This document shows, one piece after another, positions 16,139 through 25,120 of a DNA stretch of 42,766 bases (positions are counted from its first letter, which is position 1; every line of letters starts with the position of its first letter). Origin of the DNA: a virus (lineage: Duplodnaviria; Caudoviricetes); IMG/VR virus record IMGVR_UViG_3300037479_000361, positions 1-42,766 of that record; one strand, given 5' to 3'. Under the pieces are notes generated by a model. It searched no databases and had not been told where the DNA came from. It was given only the letters and a program-made list of their open reading frames with translations. The position numbers and the translations under genes are program-made.

Positions 16139-17692
16139 GTGAGCGCCGTGGCGACCCGTCGCCGGCCTCCTCGGGGGCTCTTTCCGATCGGGTTCATTCC
16201 CGAGGCGCAGCAGACGGCGATCGGCGATCTCTACTGGTTCGCGACCGAAGTACTGGGCAAGACGCTGCTGGAGCCTTCGCCACACCGCGAGCTCGCGGGC
16301 TTTATCCAGACGCCGAGTACAACGCGCCACCGCATGGTGTTCATGCCCCGCGGGACGATGAAGACCACCGTGGTCACGGAATGCCAATCGCTGTGGCGCA
16401 TCATCCGGGATCCCAATGAGCGGATCCTGCTCTACTCGGACCTGCGCGAAACGGCGAAGAAGTTCGCGACGCCGATTCGGCGGTCCCTCGAGGCGCACCC
16501 GCGCTTCCGGCAGCTCTTTGGCTCGCTCGAGGGGCCGACCTGGACCGAGACCGGATTCACGGTAACCCGGTCGATGGACTTTCGCGAGCCGACGGTGATG
16601 CCGGCCGGGATCGATGTGAACGTGGTGGGGCTCCACTTCCGGCGCATCATCGCCGATGATCTGGTGGGACGCCAGACGGTGACCACGAAAGAGGCGATCA
16701 CGAAGACCATGGAGACCATCGACCTGCTGGAGCCACTGCTGGAGCTGCCGGAGAACGATCCGCTGGTCGAGCTCACCTTGGTGGGCACGTTCTGGGACGA
16801 CCTGGACCCCTACTGGCAGATCCTGCGCCAGTCCGGGCTGGACGATGCGGCGATTCGCACGCGCCTGTGCGAGGGCGAATCGGTCATCGGCGAGTGGGAA
16901 GTCTTCTTCCGCGGCGCGTATCTGGACGCGCAGGGCAAGCCGCTGATCGGTGAGACGAGCCCGCGCACGCTCTGCGCGAGTCTCTCGATCGACACGCTCG
17001 AGCGCCGCCGGCGGCGGATGGATCCCTACCTGTTCGCGGCGAACTACCTGATGGACCCGGTGCCGGCGGGCTCGGCCGTCTTTCGCAAGGAGTTCATTCG
17101 CCGGTGGGCGCCGCCGCTGGCGGATGACCTCATTGTCATCATGTTCCTGGACCCGGCCATCTCGACGGCGCGGCGCAGCAGTTACTCCGCCATCGTGATC
17201 GTGGCCATCGATCCCATGGCCCCGGACCAGGCGGTGCGGATCCTGACGGCCTGGCACGACCGGGTGAACGAAACGCATCTGGCGGAGCGCGTGGTCGATC
17301 TCTACCAGACGTACCTGCCGCAGATCTGGGGCATCGAGTCGGTGATCTTTCAGAAAATCTTGCGCTACCCGATCATGGCGGCCGCGGCGCGCGCGGGGGT
17401 GTCGCTCCCGCCACCACGCGAAGTCCCGCCGTCGACGCGCACGACGTGGGAAGCGCGGGTGCGGGGGTTGCTGCTGCCGCTCTACGAAGGGGGCCGCATG
17501 TACCATCCGCCGACCGGCGCCCCGGACCTCGAGATGGAGCTGGTGCGGTTTCCGAGAGGGACGGCGACGGACCTGATCGACGGGTTGGCCGGGTGCATCG
17601 AGCTGCTGCCGCCGCCGAACCCGGTGCTCTTTGCCAGCACCGCGCGGCCGCAGACCTACCAGGCGCCAGAGAACCCGTACACCGCCTACTGA
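16139..17692 (+). CDS. terL: Terminase large subunit
   Basis: Walker A MPRGTMKTT, Walker B IIADDL, nuclease FLDPA and DLIDGLA. Confidence 0.95.
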   Translation: MSAVATRRRPPRGLFPIGFIPEAQQTAIGDLYWFATEVLGKTLLEPSPHRELAGFIQTPSTTRHRMVFMPRGTMKTTVVTECQSLWRIIRDPNERILLYSDLRETAKKFATPIRRSLEAHPRFRQLFGSLEGPTWTETGFTVTRSMDFREPTVMPAGIDVNVVGLHFRRIIADDLVGRQTVTTKEAITKTMETIDLLEPLLELPENDPLVELTLVGTFWDDLDPYWQILRQSGLDDAAIRTRLCEGESVIGEWEVFFRGAYLDAQGKPLIGETSPRTLCASLSIDTLERRRRRMDPYLFAANYLMDPVPAGSAVFRKEFIRRWAPPLADDLIVIMFLDPAISTARRSSYSAIVIVAIDPMAPDQAVRILTAWHDRVNETHLAERVVDLYQTYLPQIWGIESVIFQKILRYPIMAAAARAGVSLPPPREVPPSTRTTWEARVRGLLLPLYEGGRMYHPPTGAPDLEMELVRFPRGTATDLIDGLAGCIELLPPPNPVLFASTARPQTYQAPENPYTAY

Positions 17693-17706
17693 GAGGAGCG
17701 ACGCAA

Positions 17707-18525
17707 ATGGACCTGAGCCGGCTGATCGGTCGCAGTCTTTCCGATGGGCGCCGCTGGTGGTATTGCGGACCGCAACGATCACTCACTGTACAGCTCGCGT
17801 CGTGGCGGTGGTCCGTGGGATTCCACATCGGCGATCACGACGGGAAGGACGAACGCGGCATCGGGTTCCATGTAGGGTTCGTCTACGTTACTCTCTCCGG
17901 CTTCGGACCCCGCGTGGCGACCTCCCTTGGTCTCAAGCGATCACGCGGACCAACGCAGCGTCACTATGGAGTCTCTCTTCATGGTGGCGCTGTGTGGGTC
18001 GATTGGGCGCATGATTATTTGAGCGCGACGAAGGCGTCTGGGAAGCAGCGCCAGTGGATGGACTACGATCTCTACGGTCAGACGCCTACAGGAGGATGGA
18101 CCTGGAGCTGGTCGTGGCTCGACGCCCTGCTGGGGAAGTCCGTATATTCCTCCCGCCCCCTTCAGGGCCCAGGGAAGGCATGGGTGTATTGCCCTGAGGG
18201 ACGCTATGAGGCGATCGCAACGATCGAGATGGCAGAATGGCGGCGCCCACGGTGGCCGTGGCCAGCACGCCTCCGCCGCCTGGAGCTAAACATCCCCAGC
18301 GGCATCCCTGTGCCTGGCAAGGGGGAAAACTCCTGGGACTGCGGAGATGATGCCACCTACGGCGTCACGATGTCGATGCGCCCAGGCGAGACGTTGGTAC
18401 TCGCCATCCAGCGGTTTGTCCGGGAGTGTATCTTGCGCGATCGTGAGAAGTACGCGAACGCAAGCTGGACTCCACGGGAAGCCTGGGCGAAGGCGATCTG
18501 GGAGAAAGCAGGGACCCCGTCATGA
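17707..18525 (+). CDS. Conserved Trp-rich phage hypothetical protein
   Basis: GAGGAG SD; WRRPRWP and PGKGENSWDCGDD motifs. Confidence 0.75.
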   Translation: MDLSRLIGRSLSDGRRWWYCGPQRSLTVQLASWRWSVGFHIGDHDGKDERGIGFHVGFVYVTLSGFGPRVATSLGLKRSRGPTQRHYGVSLHGGAVWVDWAHDYLSATKASGKQRQWMDYDLYGQTPTGGWTWSWSWLDALLGKSVYSSRPLQGPGKAWVYCPEGRYEAIATIEMAEWRRPRWPWPARLRRLELNIPSGIPVPGKGENSWDCGDDATYGVTMSMRPGETLVLAIQRFVRECILRDREKYANASWTPREAWAKAIWEKAGTPS

Positions 18526-19295
18526 CGCGCGTAGTGCTCGCCATTCCGCGCTTCCGGTTCATCTACCCGGCGGCGGAGCGATTCCTCGTCGAGGCGCTCC
18601 AGCGGCTGCGCCCGCCTCAGTGGGACGTGCATGTGATTCCAGGGGATACCTTGGCGGAGTGTTATCTGGACGAGGCGCGCGAGCGGATTGCCGAAGAGGC
18701 AGTCAATCTCGGCGCAGACGCGGTGATGATGGTCGACGCGGATCAATACGTGGCTGGAGAAGAGACGGAGCGGTTGTTGACCGAGACGATCGCCGGGCAG
18801 TGGGCGGCGCTCGGCGTGCCGTACCCTTGTCGTGGGCGTGGTGATCCTGGGTGGCATCACCCGCCTGAGCGCACGTCCCCGACAGAGGACGATCTGGACG
18901 AGATGCTGGACGCGATCGAGCGCGCAGCGCCGCTGGCGTGTCGTGGGTTCATCGGCGGCAGTGCGTTTGCGATGTGGGTCCCGGCGCTGGCGCGCATTCC
19001 GCGGCCCTGGTTCTTGCGTGAGTCCACTGAACGGATGGTGGGGGAGGATGTGTGGTTCAGCCGACGAGCCCTGGCGGCCGGGTGCCGGATCGGGATTCAC
19101 TTTGGGATACGCGCCGCGACACACTATGGAGGCTACCCATGGAAAACGGACGAGATGATCGCCAGGATCCAGTTCCGCCTGAGAGCGCACCAGCTGCACC
19201 GGAAGCTGAGCCCAGCTCCCAGAAGCCCCTCACCGACGTCGACTACAAGACTGTCTGCGCCTGCGGAGCCGACCTCTCGTCCGCCAGCTTCATGA
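18522..19295 (+). CDS. GT-A fold glycosyltransferase (GT2-like)
   Basis: VMMVDADQ DxD motif; RPWF...GEDVWFSRRALAAG. Confidence 0.8.
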   Translation: MTRVVLAIPRFRFIYPAAERFLVEALQRLRPPQWDVHVIPGDTLAECYLDEARERIAEEAVNLGADAVMMVDADQYVAGEETERLLTETIAGQWAALGVPYPCRGRGDPGWHHPPERTSPTEDDLDEMLDAIERAAPLACRGFIGGSAFAMWVPALARIPRPWFLRESTERMVGEDVWFSRRALAAGCRIGIHFGIRAATHYGGYPWKTDEMIARIQFRLRAHQLHRKLSPAPRSPSPTSTTRLSAPAEPTSRPPAS

Positions 19296-19450
19296 TGACG
19301 GACATCACTGGCGCCCCGCTGCCGTTGGGACCCAACGGGACGCCGGTCGTGTTGATGCCACTGCGGTGCCGCAAATGTGGCGCATACCAATTCAAGGTTT
19401 CTGAGGGGCGCTCGCGGATCTACATTCCTGGGCGCGGCAGGATTTCCTAA
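19139..19450 (+). CDS. Zn-ribbon protein, Mu Com-like cysteine spacing
   Basis: GGAGG SD; VCACGADL...PLRCRKCGAY. Confidence 0.65.
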   Translation: MENGRDDRQDPVPPESAPAAPEAEPSSQKPLTDVDYKTVCACGADLSSASFMMTDITGAPLPLGPNGTPVVLMPLRCRKCGAYQFKVSEGRSRIYIPGRGRIS

Positions 19451-19482
19451 CCCACAGCAGAATCCTTCCCGGCGGGACGAGG

Positions 19483-19545
19483 GCTCGCTGACTCATTGAC
19501 CTGAGAGGCGCCCGAGGTCCAGGAGCGCCTCGATGGGTCACGAGC
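19483..19545 (+). promoter_or_regulatory. Hairpin ending right before the ATG at 19546, containing a CUGA-stem-AGG motif
   Basis: GCTCG/CGAGC, TGACTCATT/GATGGGTCA and GAGGCGC/GCGCCTC stems; CTGA-CTCA-ttgacc-TGAG-AGG at 19488-19508. Confidence 0.7.
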
Positions 19546-19815
19546 ATGCCGGCCGATAGCAGACTTCCGATCGGGCAGTTGACCCTCGAATCTCCTTCGC
19601 AGAAGTGTCTCGCGGTGACTCCAAGCGATAGCGTTGACCTGGATCCTTGGGCCCGTGCGCTCTATGTGGGGAACACCGGCAACGTGCGGGTACTCACCTG
19701 GAGCGGGGATGATGTGATCTTCAGCAACGTCCAAAACGGGATGATCCTGCCCGTATCCGTCAAGCGCGTCTTCGCCGCCAGCACAACGGCGACCAACATC
19801 GTGGCGTTGTGCTAA
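19546..19815 (+). CDS. Head spike base protein (RcGTA Rcc01079-like)
   Basis: AVTPSDSVDL..ARALYVGNTGNVRV...GMILPVSVKRV..TTATNIVAL. Confidence 0.88.
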   Translation: MPADSRLPIGQLTLESPSQKCLAVTPSDSVDLDPWARALYVGNTGNVRVLTWSGDDVIFSNVQNGMILPVSVKRVFAASTTATNIVALC

Positions 19816-19838
19816 GGAGTAGGAGGAGGCCATCGACG

Positions 19839-20480
19839 ATGCACACCGACTATACGCGCCTGCGGCCAGCGACCAGAGAGCAGATCCGCGCCGCGTACCG
19901 CGGACAGTTTCAGGATGAATGGCTCATAGCGTTCTGGCGCGCGTGGCGCGCACCTGGCCATGGGTCACGACTGCTCGATCTCCTATCTCCCTATCCGGCC
20001 ATCCGGGGCGGGGCCCGGAACTTCTTTGCGCAGACGACCTCGGTGCGCATCGGCACGGTGGCCGCCGCCTTCAAGACGATCTTGCAGCTGCTCGGAGGCA
20101 CCAACGTCATCACGGTGGTGCAGTGGGCGGAGATCGGCTTCTTCGGCACAAGCAACACCGCGGAGCCCGCGAACGTCGAGATCCTGCGCCAAACGTCCGC
20201 GGGCACCGGGGGCAGCCCGCGAAACCCCCTCAAGACCAAAGACACCAGCACCTCGCTGCTCGTGACCGGGCAAGAAGGACCGGCCTCGGGGGCCTGGACG
20301 ACCGAACCTACTGCTGGAGACATCCTGAAGGCCTTTCCGATCCACCCACAGTCCGGGTTCGTCTACCCGCTGCCGTTACCTGACGGTGAAGTCGAGATGC
20401 CGTCCGCCGGTCGCCTGGGCTTGCGGGTCAACATCGCCGCGGCCGTCGATGTCCGTGTGGGGTGGGGAGGCGAAGAGTGA
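19839..20480 (+). CDS. Virion beta-sandwich protein with a 58-aa N-terminal leader ending PAIRGG
   Basis: Strong AGGAGGAGG SD; composition switches from Arg/Trp-rich to Thr/Gly-rich after GG. Confidence 0.7.
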   Translation: MHTDYTRLRPATREQIRAAYRGQFQDEWLIAFWRAWRAPGHGSRLLDLLSPYPAIRGGARNFFAQTTSVRIGTVAAAFKTILQLLGGTNVITVVQWAEIGFFGTSNTAEPANVEILRQTSAGTGGSPRNPLKTKDTSTSLLVTGQEGPASGAWTTEPTAGDILKAFPIHPQSGFVYPLPLPDGEVEMPSAGRLGLRVNIAAAVDVRVGWGGEE

Positions 20481-20782
20481 CCCTGATCTGGCAACAGCTG
20501 GAGGGCCCACAGACTCTCCAGACCCTCGGCCTCGCGGCAGTCACCCTCGTGACGGTCGCCCTCGTGGCCTGGTGGCGGTCCGATCCCATCTGGGCCCACC
20601 GATTCGTTCCCTGGCGCCAGCTCGCGCTGTGGGGGTGGCAAGTCCTGTGTTGGGCTCGCGGGCATCAGTGGATGGGCCGCGAGCTCGACCTGATGCGCGC
20701 ACTGCCAGGGTTTCGCAATCCGTACCTGTGGATCTGCGGCCGCTGTGGCGCCGCGGCCGTGCGGGAAGAGGACGGGACGTAG
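20477..20782 (+). CDS. Membrane-anchored small Zn-binding protein (DUF1660-like)
   Basis: TM segment; LCWARGHQW...ICGRCG. Confidence 0.6.
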   Translation: MTLIWQQLEGPQTLQTLGLAAVTLVTVALVAWWRSDPIWAHRFVPWRQLALWGWQVLCWARGHQWMGRELDLMRALPGFRNPYLWICGRCGAAAVREEDGT

Positions 20783-20788
20783 AGTCAA

Positions 20789-21619
20789 ATGCCAGTTGTT
20801 GCTCCGGCCATCTTCCAGCGGGTCTTCCAGTCGAGCCTGACGGCCTCGGCTCGCGCGGGGGCAACCGTGACCGCCAGCGCGACGGCGCATACGATGGGGT
20901 CATGGGCCTCGCTGATCGATCCTACGAACGTCCCCAGTTACGGGATCTATGTCGTCGTGCGCGATATCAGCGGCGCGGCGGCTGACACGCGGTTCCTGAT
21001 TGATATCGGCATCGGTCCCAGCGGCGGCGGCAGTGAAGCGGTCGTCCTGCCCTTCCTCGATGTCGGCGCCGCCGACTCAGCGACGAATGCGCTGGGCAAG
21101 CAGTGGTACTTTCCGATCTACATTCCGACCGGTCTCCGCGTGTCCGCCCGCGGGCAGGCGGTCACAGGGAGCGACACCTGTACAGTCGCGATCTGGCTGG
21201 CACAGCAGCCATTGTTCCCCTACCTCGTCTCAGCGTGGGATACCTACGGTGAGAATGCCGCGGCCAGTTCAGGGACCTCGGTGACTGCAGGGAACGGCGT
21301 CTTTGGGTCCTGGACGCAGATCGTCGCGAGCACGTCTCGGTTTCACAACCTGTGGCACTCAGGGTATAGCATCGGCACCGACACGACCATCGTGGCCGCG
21401 GACACGCTGGTCGAAATCGGGCACGGGCCGGATAGCGCGAACGTCCAGTCGATCGGCATGTGGCGGTATCGCCAGAACGCGAGTGAAGCCCTGGATGGGC
21501 CGATGCCCGAAATTCCGCTCTACAAACCCGTCCCGAGTGGCGCCGGCCTGTTTGCCCGCATCGCCTCGGCGGAAGCCGAAGCACGGCGCGTCGTCATCCA
21601 CGCCGGCTTGGCGGCCTAA
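20789..21619 (+). CDS. Virion protein with internal two-domain duplication
   Basis: GATVTAS..GSWASL and GTSVTAG..GSWTQI repeats. Confidence 0.7.
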   Translation: MPVVAPAIFQRVFQSSLTASARAGATVTASATAHTMGSWASLIDPTNVPSYGIYVVVRDISGAAADTRFLIDIGIGPSGGGSEAVVLPFLDVGAADSATNALGKQWYFPIYIPTGLRVSARGQAVTGSDTCTVAIWLAQQPLFPYLVSAWDTYGENAAASSGTSVTAGNGVFGSWTQIVASTSRFHNLWHSGYSIGTDTTIVAADTLVEIGHGPDSANVQSIGMWRYRQNASEALDGPMPEIPLYKPVPSGAGLFARIASAEAEARRVVIHAGLAA

Positions 21620-21623
21620 CGCG

Positions 21624-21806
21624 ATGCCGATCCTCGCGTGTCCCATCGATGGCCTGGCGGTCGCGCTGATCTCTCCAGCACTGCGCGGGGACGTGGCGCG
21701 CGATCAAACGACGCACCTGCATCTGATGTGGGACGAGACGTTTACCTGTCTGAACGGGCACCAGTGGCGCCTACGGGCAGAGATGATCTTGGAGCGCGTC
21801 GGCTGA
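21624..21806 (+). CDS. Small Zn-binding protein
   Basis: CPIDG...TCLNGHQW. Confidence 0.6.
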   Translation: MPILACPIDGLAVALISPALRGDVARDQTTHLHLMWDETFTCLNGHQWRLRAEMILERVG

Positions 21807-21807
21807 G

Positions 21808-22146
21808 ATGGCCGTCACCGAGCACGCGAGCGGGACGCAAACCGCGACGATTGCCACCGAGCACTTCCTCGGGACGGATCCGGATTCGACCGATGGGGCA
21901 TTTCAGTTTGTGGTCGACCTCTCCAACATGGCCAATGCCGACGACCTGGAGATCCGGGTCTACGAAGCGGCACTGTCGAGCGACGTGGCCTCACAGCAGG
22001 TGCACATGTGGCCCATCAAAGACGCTCAGGCGGATGACCTGTTCATCTCGCCGGCCTTGGTCTTGCTCCATCGGTGGCGCTTCTCGATCAAGCAGGTCGC
22101 CGGGACCGGGCGCTCGTTCAAGTGGAGCATCCGGCGGGTCGCGTAG
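21808..22146 (+). CDS. Small virion beta-sandwich protein
   Basis: SGTQTATIATEH...VDLSNMANADDLEIR...QVAGTGRSF.WS. Confidence 0.75.
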   Translation: MAVTEHASGTQTATIATEHFLGTDPDSTDGAFQFVVDLSNMANADDLEIRVYEAALSSDVASQQVHMWPIKDAQADDLFISPALVLLHRWRFSIKQVAGTGRSFKWSIRRVA

Positions 22147-22494
22147 ATGAGCGGATTCGTCGGTTACGGCTTCGAGGTCCTCCACCCGGAAGCCGGCCCG
22201 CCACCGCCAACCGAGCATTATGCCGCGCGCTTGATACGTCGGCCCGCCTCCATCCGCCACCGGCGTCGAGCGGTCTGGACCGCACGGGTGCAACTATTGG
22301 CGCCGCCTCCTCCCCCAACGGTCCGTCATGCGACGATGGAGACGCAGATCGGCCGAACAGTCCGCCACCGCGCGCCTCGAGCGGTGCGCGCAAGCATGAC
22401 GTCACTGGCCCCGGCGCTCCTGGGCGCCGCGCCGGCCGCCGCAGGAGTCTCGCGATGGAGATGGATCGGCCTGAAAGCGACACTCGGGATCTGA
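22147..22494 (+). CDS. Arg/Pro-rich hypothetical protein (possible linker/adaptor)
   Basis: Abuts upstream stop and fills the gap. Confidence 0.55.
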   Translation: MSGFVGYGFEVLHPEAGPPPPTEHYAARLIRRPASIRHRRRAVWTARVQLLAPPPPPTVRHATMETQIGRTVRHRAPRAVRASMTSLAPALLGAAPAAAGVSRWRWIGLKATLGI

Positions 22495-22506
22495 GAGGAG
22501 CCGCCC

Positions 22507-23334
22507 ATGGGTAGCGTCGTCCTAGATGAAGTCACCCTGCTTGCCGCGATCGCGACCGGCAGCGCGGAGTATAACTTCAAAGGGCGCGAGGTGGCGATCA
22601 AGGTCACCATCGAGTTCTCGGTGGGTTCCGACGCCGGGGGGGTCATCCTCGAGGAAGCGGTGACCTCAGGCTTTGCGGGCACGTGGGCGCAACTGGCCAA
22701 TGTACCATGGGTCGCGGCCAACCGCGTCCATACCGTGCAGATCAATCAGGTGCTGCGCATCTTGCGCGCGCGCATCTCCCCGAACATCGGGAATGGCACC
22801 GTCACCGTCAAGCTCTCCGGAGGGCTCGACAGCACCGGCGGCGGCGGGGTCGCCATCGACGGCTTCCCGCTGGGGATCCGCTCGCTGCAGGACTGGCTCT
22901 CGCGTCTGCTCACGGGGGCGAATGCCCCAGTGGTGGAAGTCCGCGGCTATGATAGCGTCAACAACGCGATCCGCGTGATCTCGGGATCCCCGGCGATCGC
23001 ACATCTCTACAAGACCTCCAACCGGGTGAACGCGGGCGATATCATCACCTGGGTCCCGGCCAACACGCTGCGGACGCGCATAATGCAGTATTCCATGAGT
23101 GGCACGGCCGCAGGGCTTGTGGCCTATCGAGAGAACACCGGTTCGATCGGCGCGCCGGTGTGGACGAGTCGCTATGAGCATCGACTCGGCGGGGACGGGC
23201 CAGGGGTTATCAACGCGCAGCCTGAACCGATCGTGGGACCGGCCGGGGATGGCGTGGGCGCGACGGCAAAACTCGAAGTGCTCTCCGGCACCGGGACCTT
23301 CTACGGCACGATGCTGGGTTACGAAAGCACCTAA
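22507..23334 (+). CDS. Two-domain virion/decoration protein
   Basis: GAGGAG SD; two beta-rich domains joined by a Gly linker. Confidence 0.7.
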   Translation: MGSVVLDEVTLLAAIATGSAEYNFKGREVAIKVTIEFSVGSDAGGVILEEAVTSGFAGTWAQLANVPWVAANRVHTVQINQVLRILRARISPNIGNGTVTVKLSGGLDSTGGGGVAIDGFPLGIRSLQDWLSRLLTGANAPVVEVRGYDSVNNAIRVISGSPAIAHLYKTSNRVNAGDIITWVPANTLRTRIMQYSMSGTAAGLVAYRENTGSIGAPVWTSRYEHRLGGDGPGVINAQPEPIVGPAGDGVGATAKLEVLSGTGTFYGTMLGYEST

Positions 23335-23339
23335 AGGAG

Positions 23340-23636
23340 ATGGGTATGGGTCTTCCCGTGCGCGTCGTGACGGAATCGAATGGCGAGTATTCGATCCGGT
23401 CGCCGATGCAGGGCATGACGATTGAGGAAGCCCGTGCGCGTGCCCAAGAGGATCAGCCGCATGTGCGCATCGTGACGGATGCAGAAGAGATTGCGCACCT
23501 ACTGGAACTCTCCTGGGAAGACCGAAAACGTCTGGACACCGAACTCCGTGCCCTGCGCGATGCGGTAGAGGAGATGCAGCGGCGGTACGAAGCGATCATC
23601 CGGGATCTGGAGTCCCGCTTGGCGCGGCAGGTCTAA
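23340..23636 (+). CDS. Coiled-coil protein (fibre chaperone-like)
   Basis: AAAGGAG SD; C-terminal heptads. Confidence 0.65.
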   Translation: MGMGLPVRVVTESNGEYSIRSPMQGMTIEEARARAQEDQPHVRIVTDAEEIAHLLELSWEDRKRLDTELRALRDAVEEMQRRYEAIIRDLESRLARQV

Positions 23637-23637
23637 T

Positions 23638-24711
23638 ATGGCAACCCAGACCGTACGTGGATTCATGATTCAGGAACCCTGGACCAACACGTCCAACAAC
23701 ACACCCACCTACAACACCTTGCTGATGGACGCAGCGGGTGAACAAGCCGCCTATATCGTTCGTGCCCCGAAGGCGGGGAACATCCGCAATGTCCATGTGC
23801 GAGCAAATGCCGTGACGACGGCCACGGACAGCGACTTCCGCGTCGAAACAGTCAGCCTCACGACAGGATTGCCCACAGGTACGTTGTGGGCCGCCAACAC
23901 CAACGTCACTGTCGCTGCGGCCTCAATTACCGCCAACACCTGGATTCGTAGCGGGGACCTCACTGCTAGTGCGGTGGTTGCACGCCGAGATCTGCTGGCC
24001 GTTGTCGTCACGCCGACCGGCACGCCCAACTATGAACTCTCGACGTTCGCCCCTGGCGGATCGCCAGGAGCAGGATTCCCTTACGCCGCCTCGTTCACGT
24101 CAGGAGCGTGGGGGAAGATTGCGCGGGTACCCGTGGTGGCGCTTGAGTACGACGATGGCTCTTTCGACTACATGCCCGGAGTACTGCCAGCGTCAGCGCT
24201 CAATACCCATTCGTTCAACAGTAGTTCGACTCCTGACGAGATCGCTGCATTCTTCCAGTTTCCAGTTCCGGTGCGTCTCGCGGGCGTATGGTTGTGGGTC
24301 GATAGCGACAACGACTTCGACGTAGTGGTCTACAATGGAGCCGGTACGGAAGTCGAGACGGCGGCTGAAGATGCCGATGTCGATGCGGCGATAACTCCGC
24401 ACATGCCGCACTTTGTCTGGTTCGCCGCCTCTGAGGCTCAGGCTCTTAGCACCAACTTCCGAATTTCTATTCGGCCAACAACGACAGCGAATATCGCCAT
24501 CTATTCTTTCGATGTGCACACTGCCGCGATCCTCGATCAGATGGCCGGTGGCCAGTTGTGGCATCATTCGACTCGGACGGACGGAGGCGCGTGGACGCAA
24601 CTGACGACTCGGCGTCTCTTCATGGGGATCATCGTCGATGGACTCGATGATGGAGTCGCAGGCGGGGGAGGCAGTTACCAGCACAGCGCACTCGTTGGGT
24701 CATTGGGCTAG
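23638..24711 (+). CDS. Virion adhesin/decoration protein, two beta domains plus Gly-linked C-terminal peptide
   Basis: Thr/Asn-rich beta pattern; ends DDGVAGGGGSYQHSALVGSLG. Confidence 0.7.
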   Translation: MATQTVRGFMIQEPWTNTSNNTPTYNTLLMDAAGEQAAYIVRAPKAGNIRNVHVRANAVTTATDSDFRVETVSLTTGLPTGTLWAANTNVTVAAASITANTWIRSGDLTASAVVARRDLLAVVVTPTGTPNYELSTFAPGGSPGAGFPYAASFTSGAWGKIARVPVVALEYDDGSFDYMPGVLPASALNTHSFNSSSTPDEIAAFFQFPVPVRLAGVWLWVDSDNDFDVVVYNGAGTEVETAAEDADVDAAITPHMPHFVWFAASEAQALSTNFRISIRPTTTANIAIYSFDVHTAAILDQMAGGQLWHHSTRTDGGAWTQLTTRRLFMGIIVDGLDDGVAGGGGSYQHSALVGSLG

Positions 24712-24721
24712 ATGGCCATCA

Positions 24722-25094
24722 TCACCTGCGAAGAGAGGAGAGATATGACAGAACAGTCTTGCGGGTTACTCCTATATCGAAAGCGATTTTCTCGATTGAA
24801 TGGAAATCCCGCCGCATTTCCAGAATCATCTCTTTATCTCTTTGTGCAAACCGTTTTCCACTTGCCTGGCGTCCCATGTTGATGTGGCGACCGTTGTGCC
24901 GTGCGGGATCGCAGTGTGGCTATTTGTCGGGTGCGCGTAAGATGATCAGGAATCTTCAGACCAAGCCTCATGGCTTTATGTGCGATCGCTACAGGAGATC
25001 GACCCAAGAAATCAGAGACTTTCTGTCCGCCGTATTCTGCGTAGTACTTCTTGAGATATGCAATTTCTTGTTTACTCCAGCGGTATGCAAGCAT
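24722..25094 (-). CDS. Antisense low-GC insert: double-HTH DNA-binding protein with +1 frameshift at TTTT 24854-24857
   Basis: WSKQEIAYLKKYY...LGRSPVAIAHKAMRLGL, then in the shifted frame DKEMILEMRRDFHSIEKIAFDIGVTRKTVLSYL; GGGGGTG SD; 123 aa if repaired. Confidence 0.7.
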
Positions 25095-25120
25095 GGAATG
25101 ACACCCCCGGTATTCTCGAC

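Noticed and set aside
15785-17782. Long antisense ORFs (665 aa here; also 8142-9656, 8810-10066, 30585-31997, 33784-34836)
   Set aside because: Shadow frames of well-supported genes, expected in high-GC DNA; no motifs
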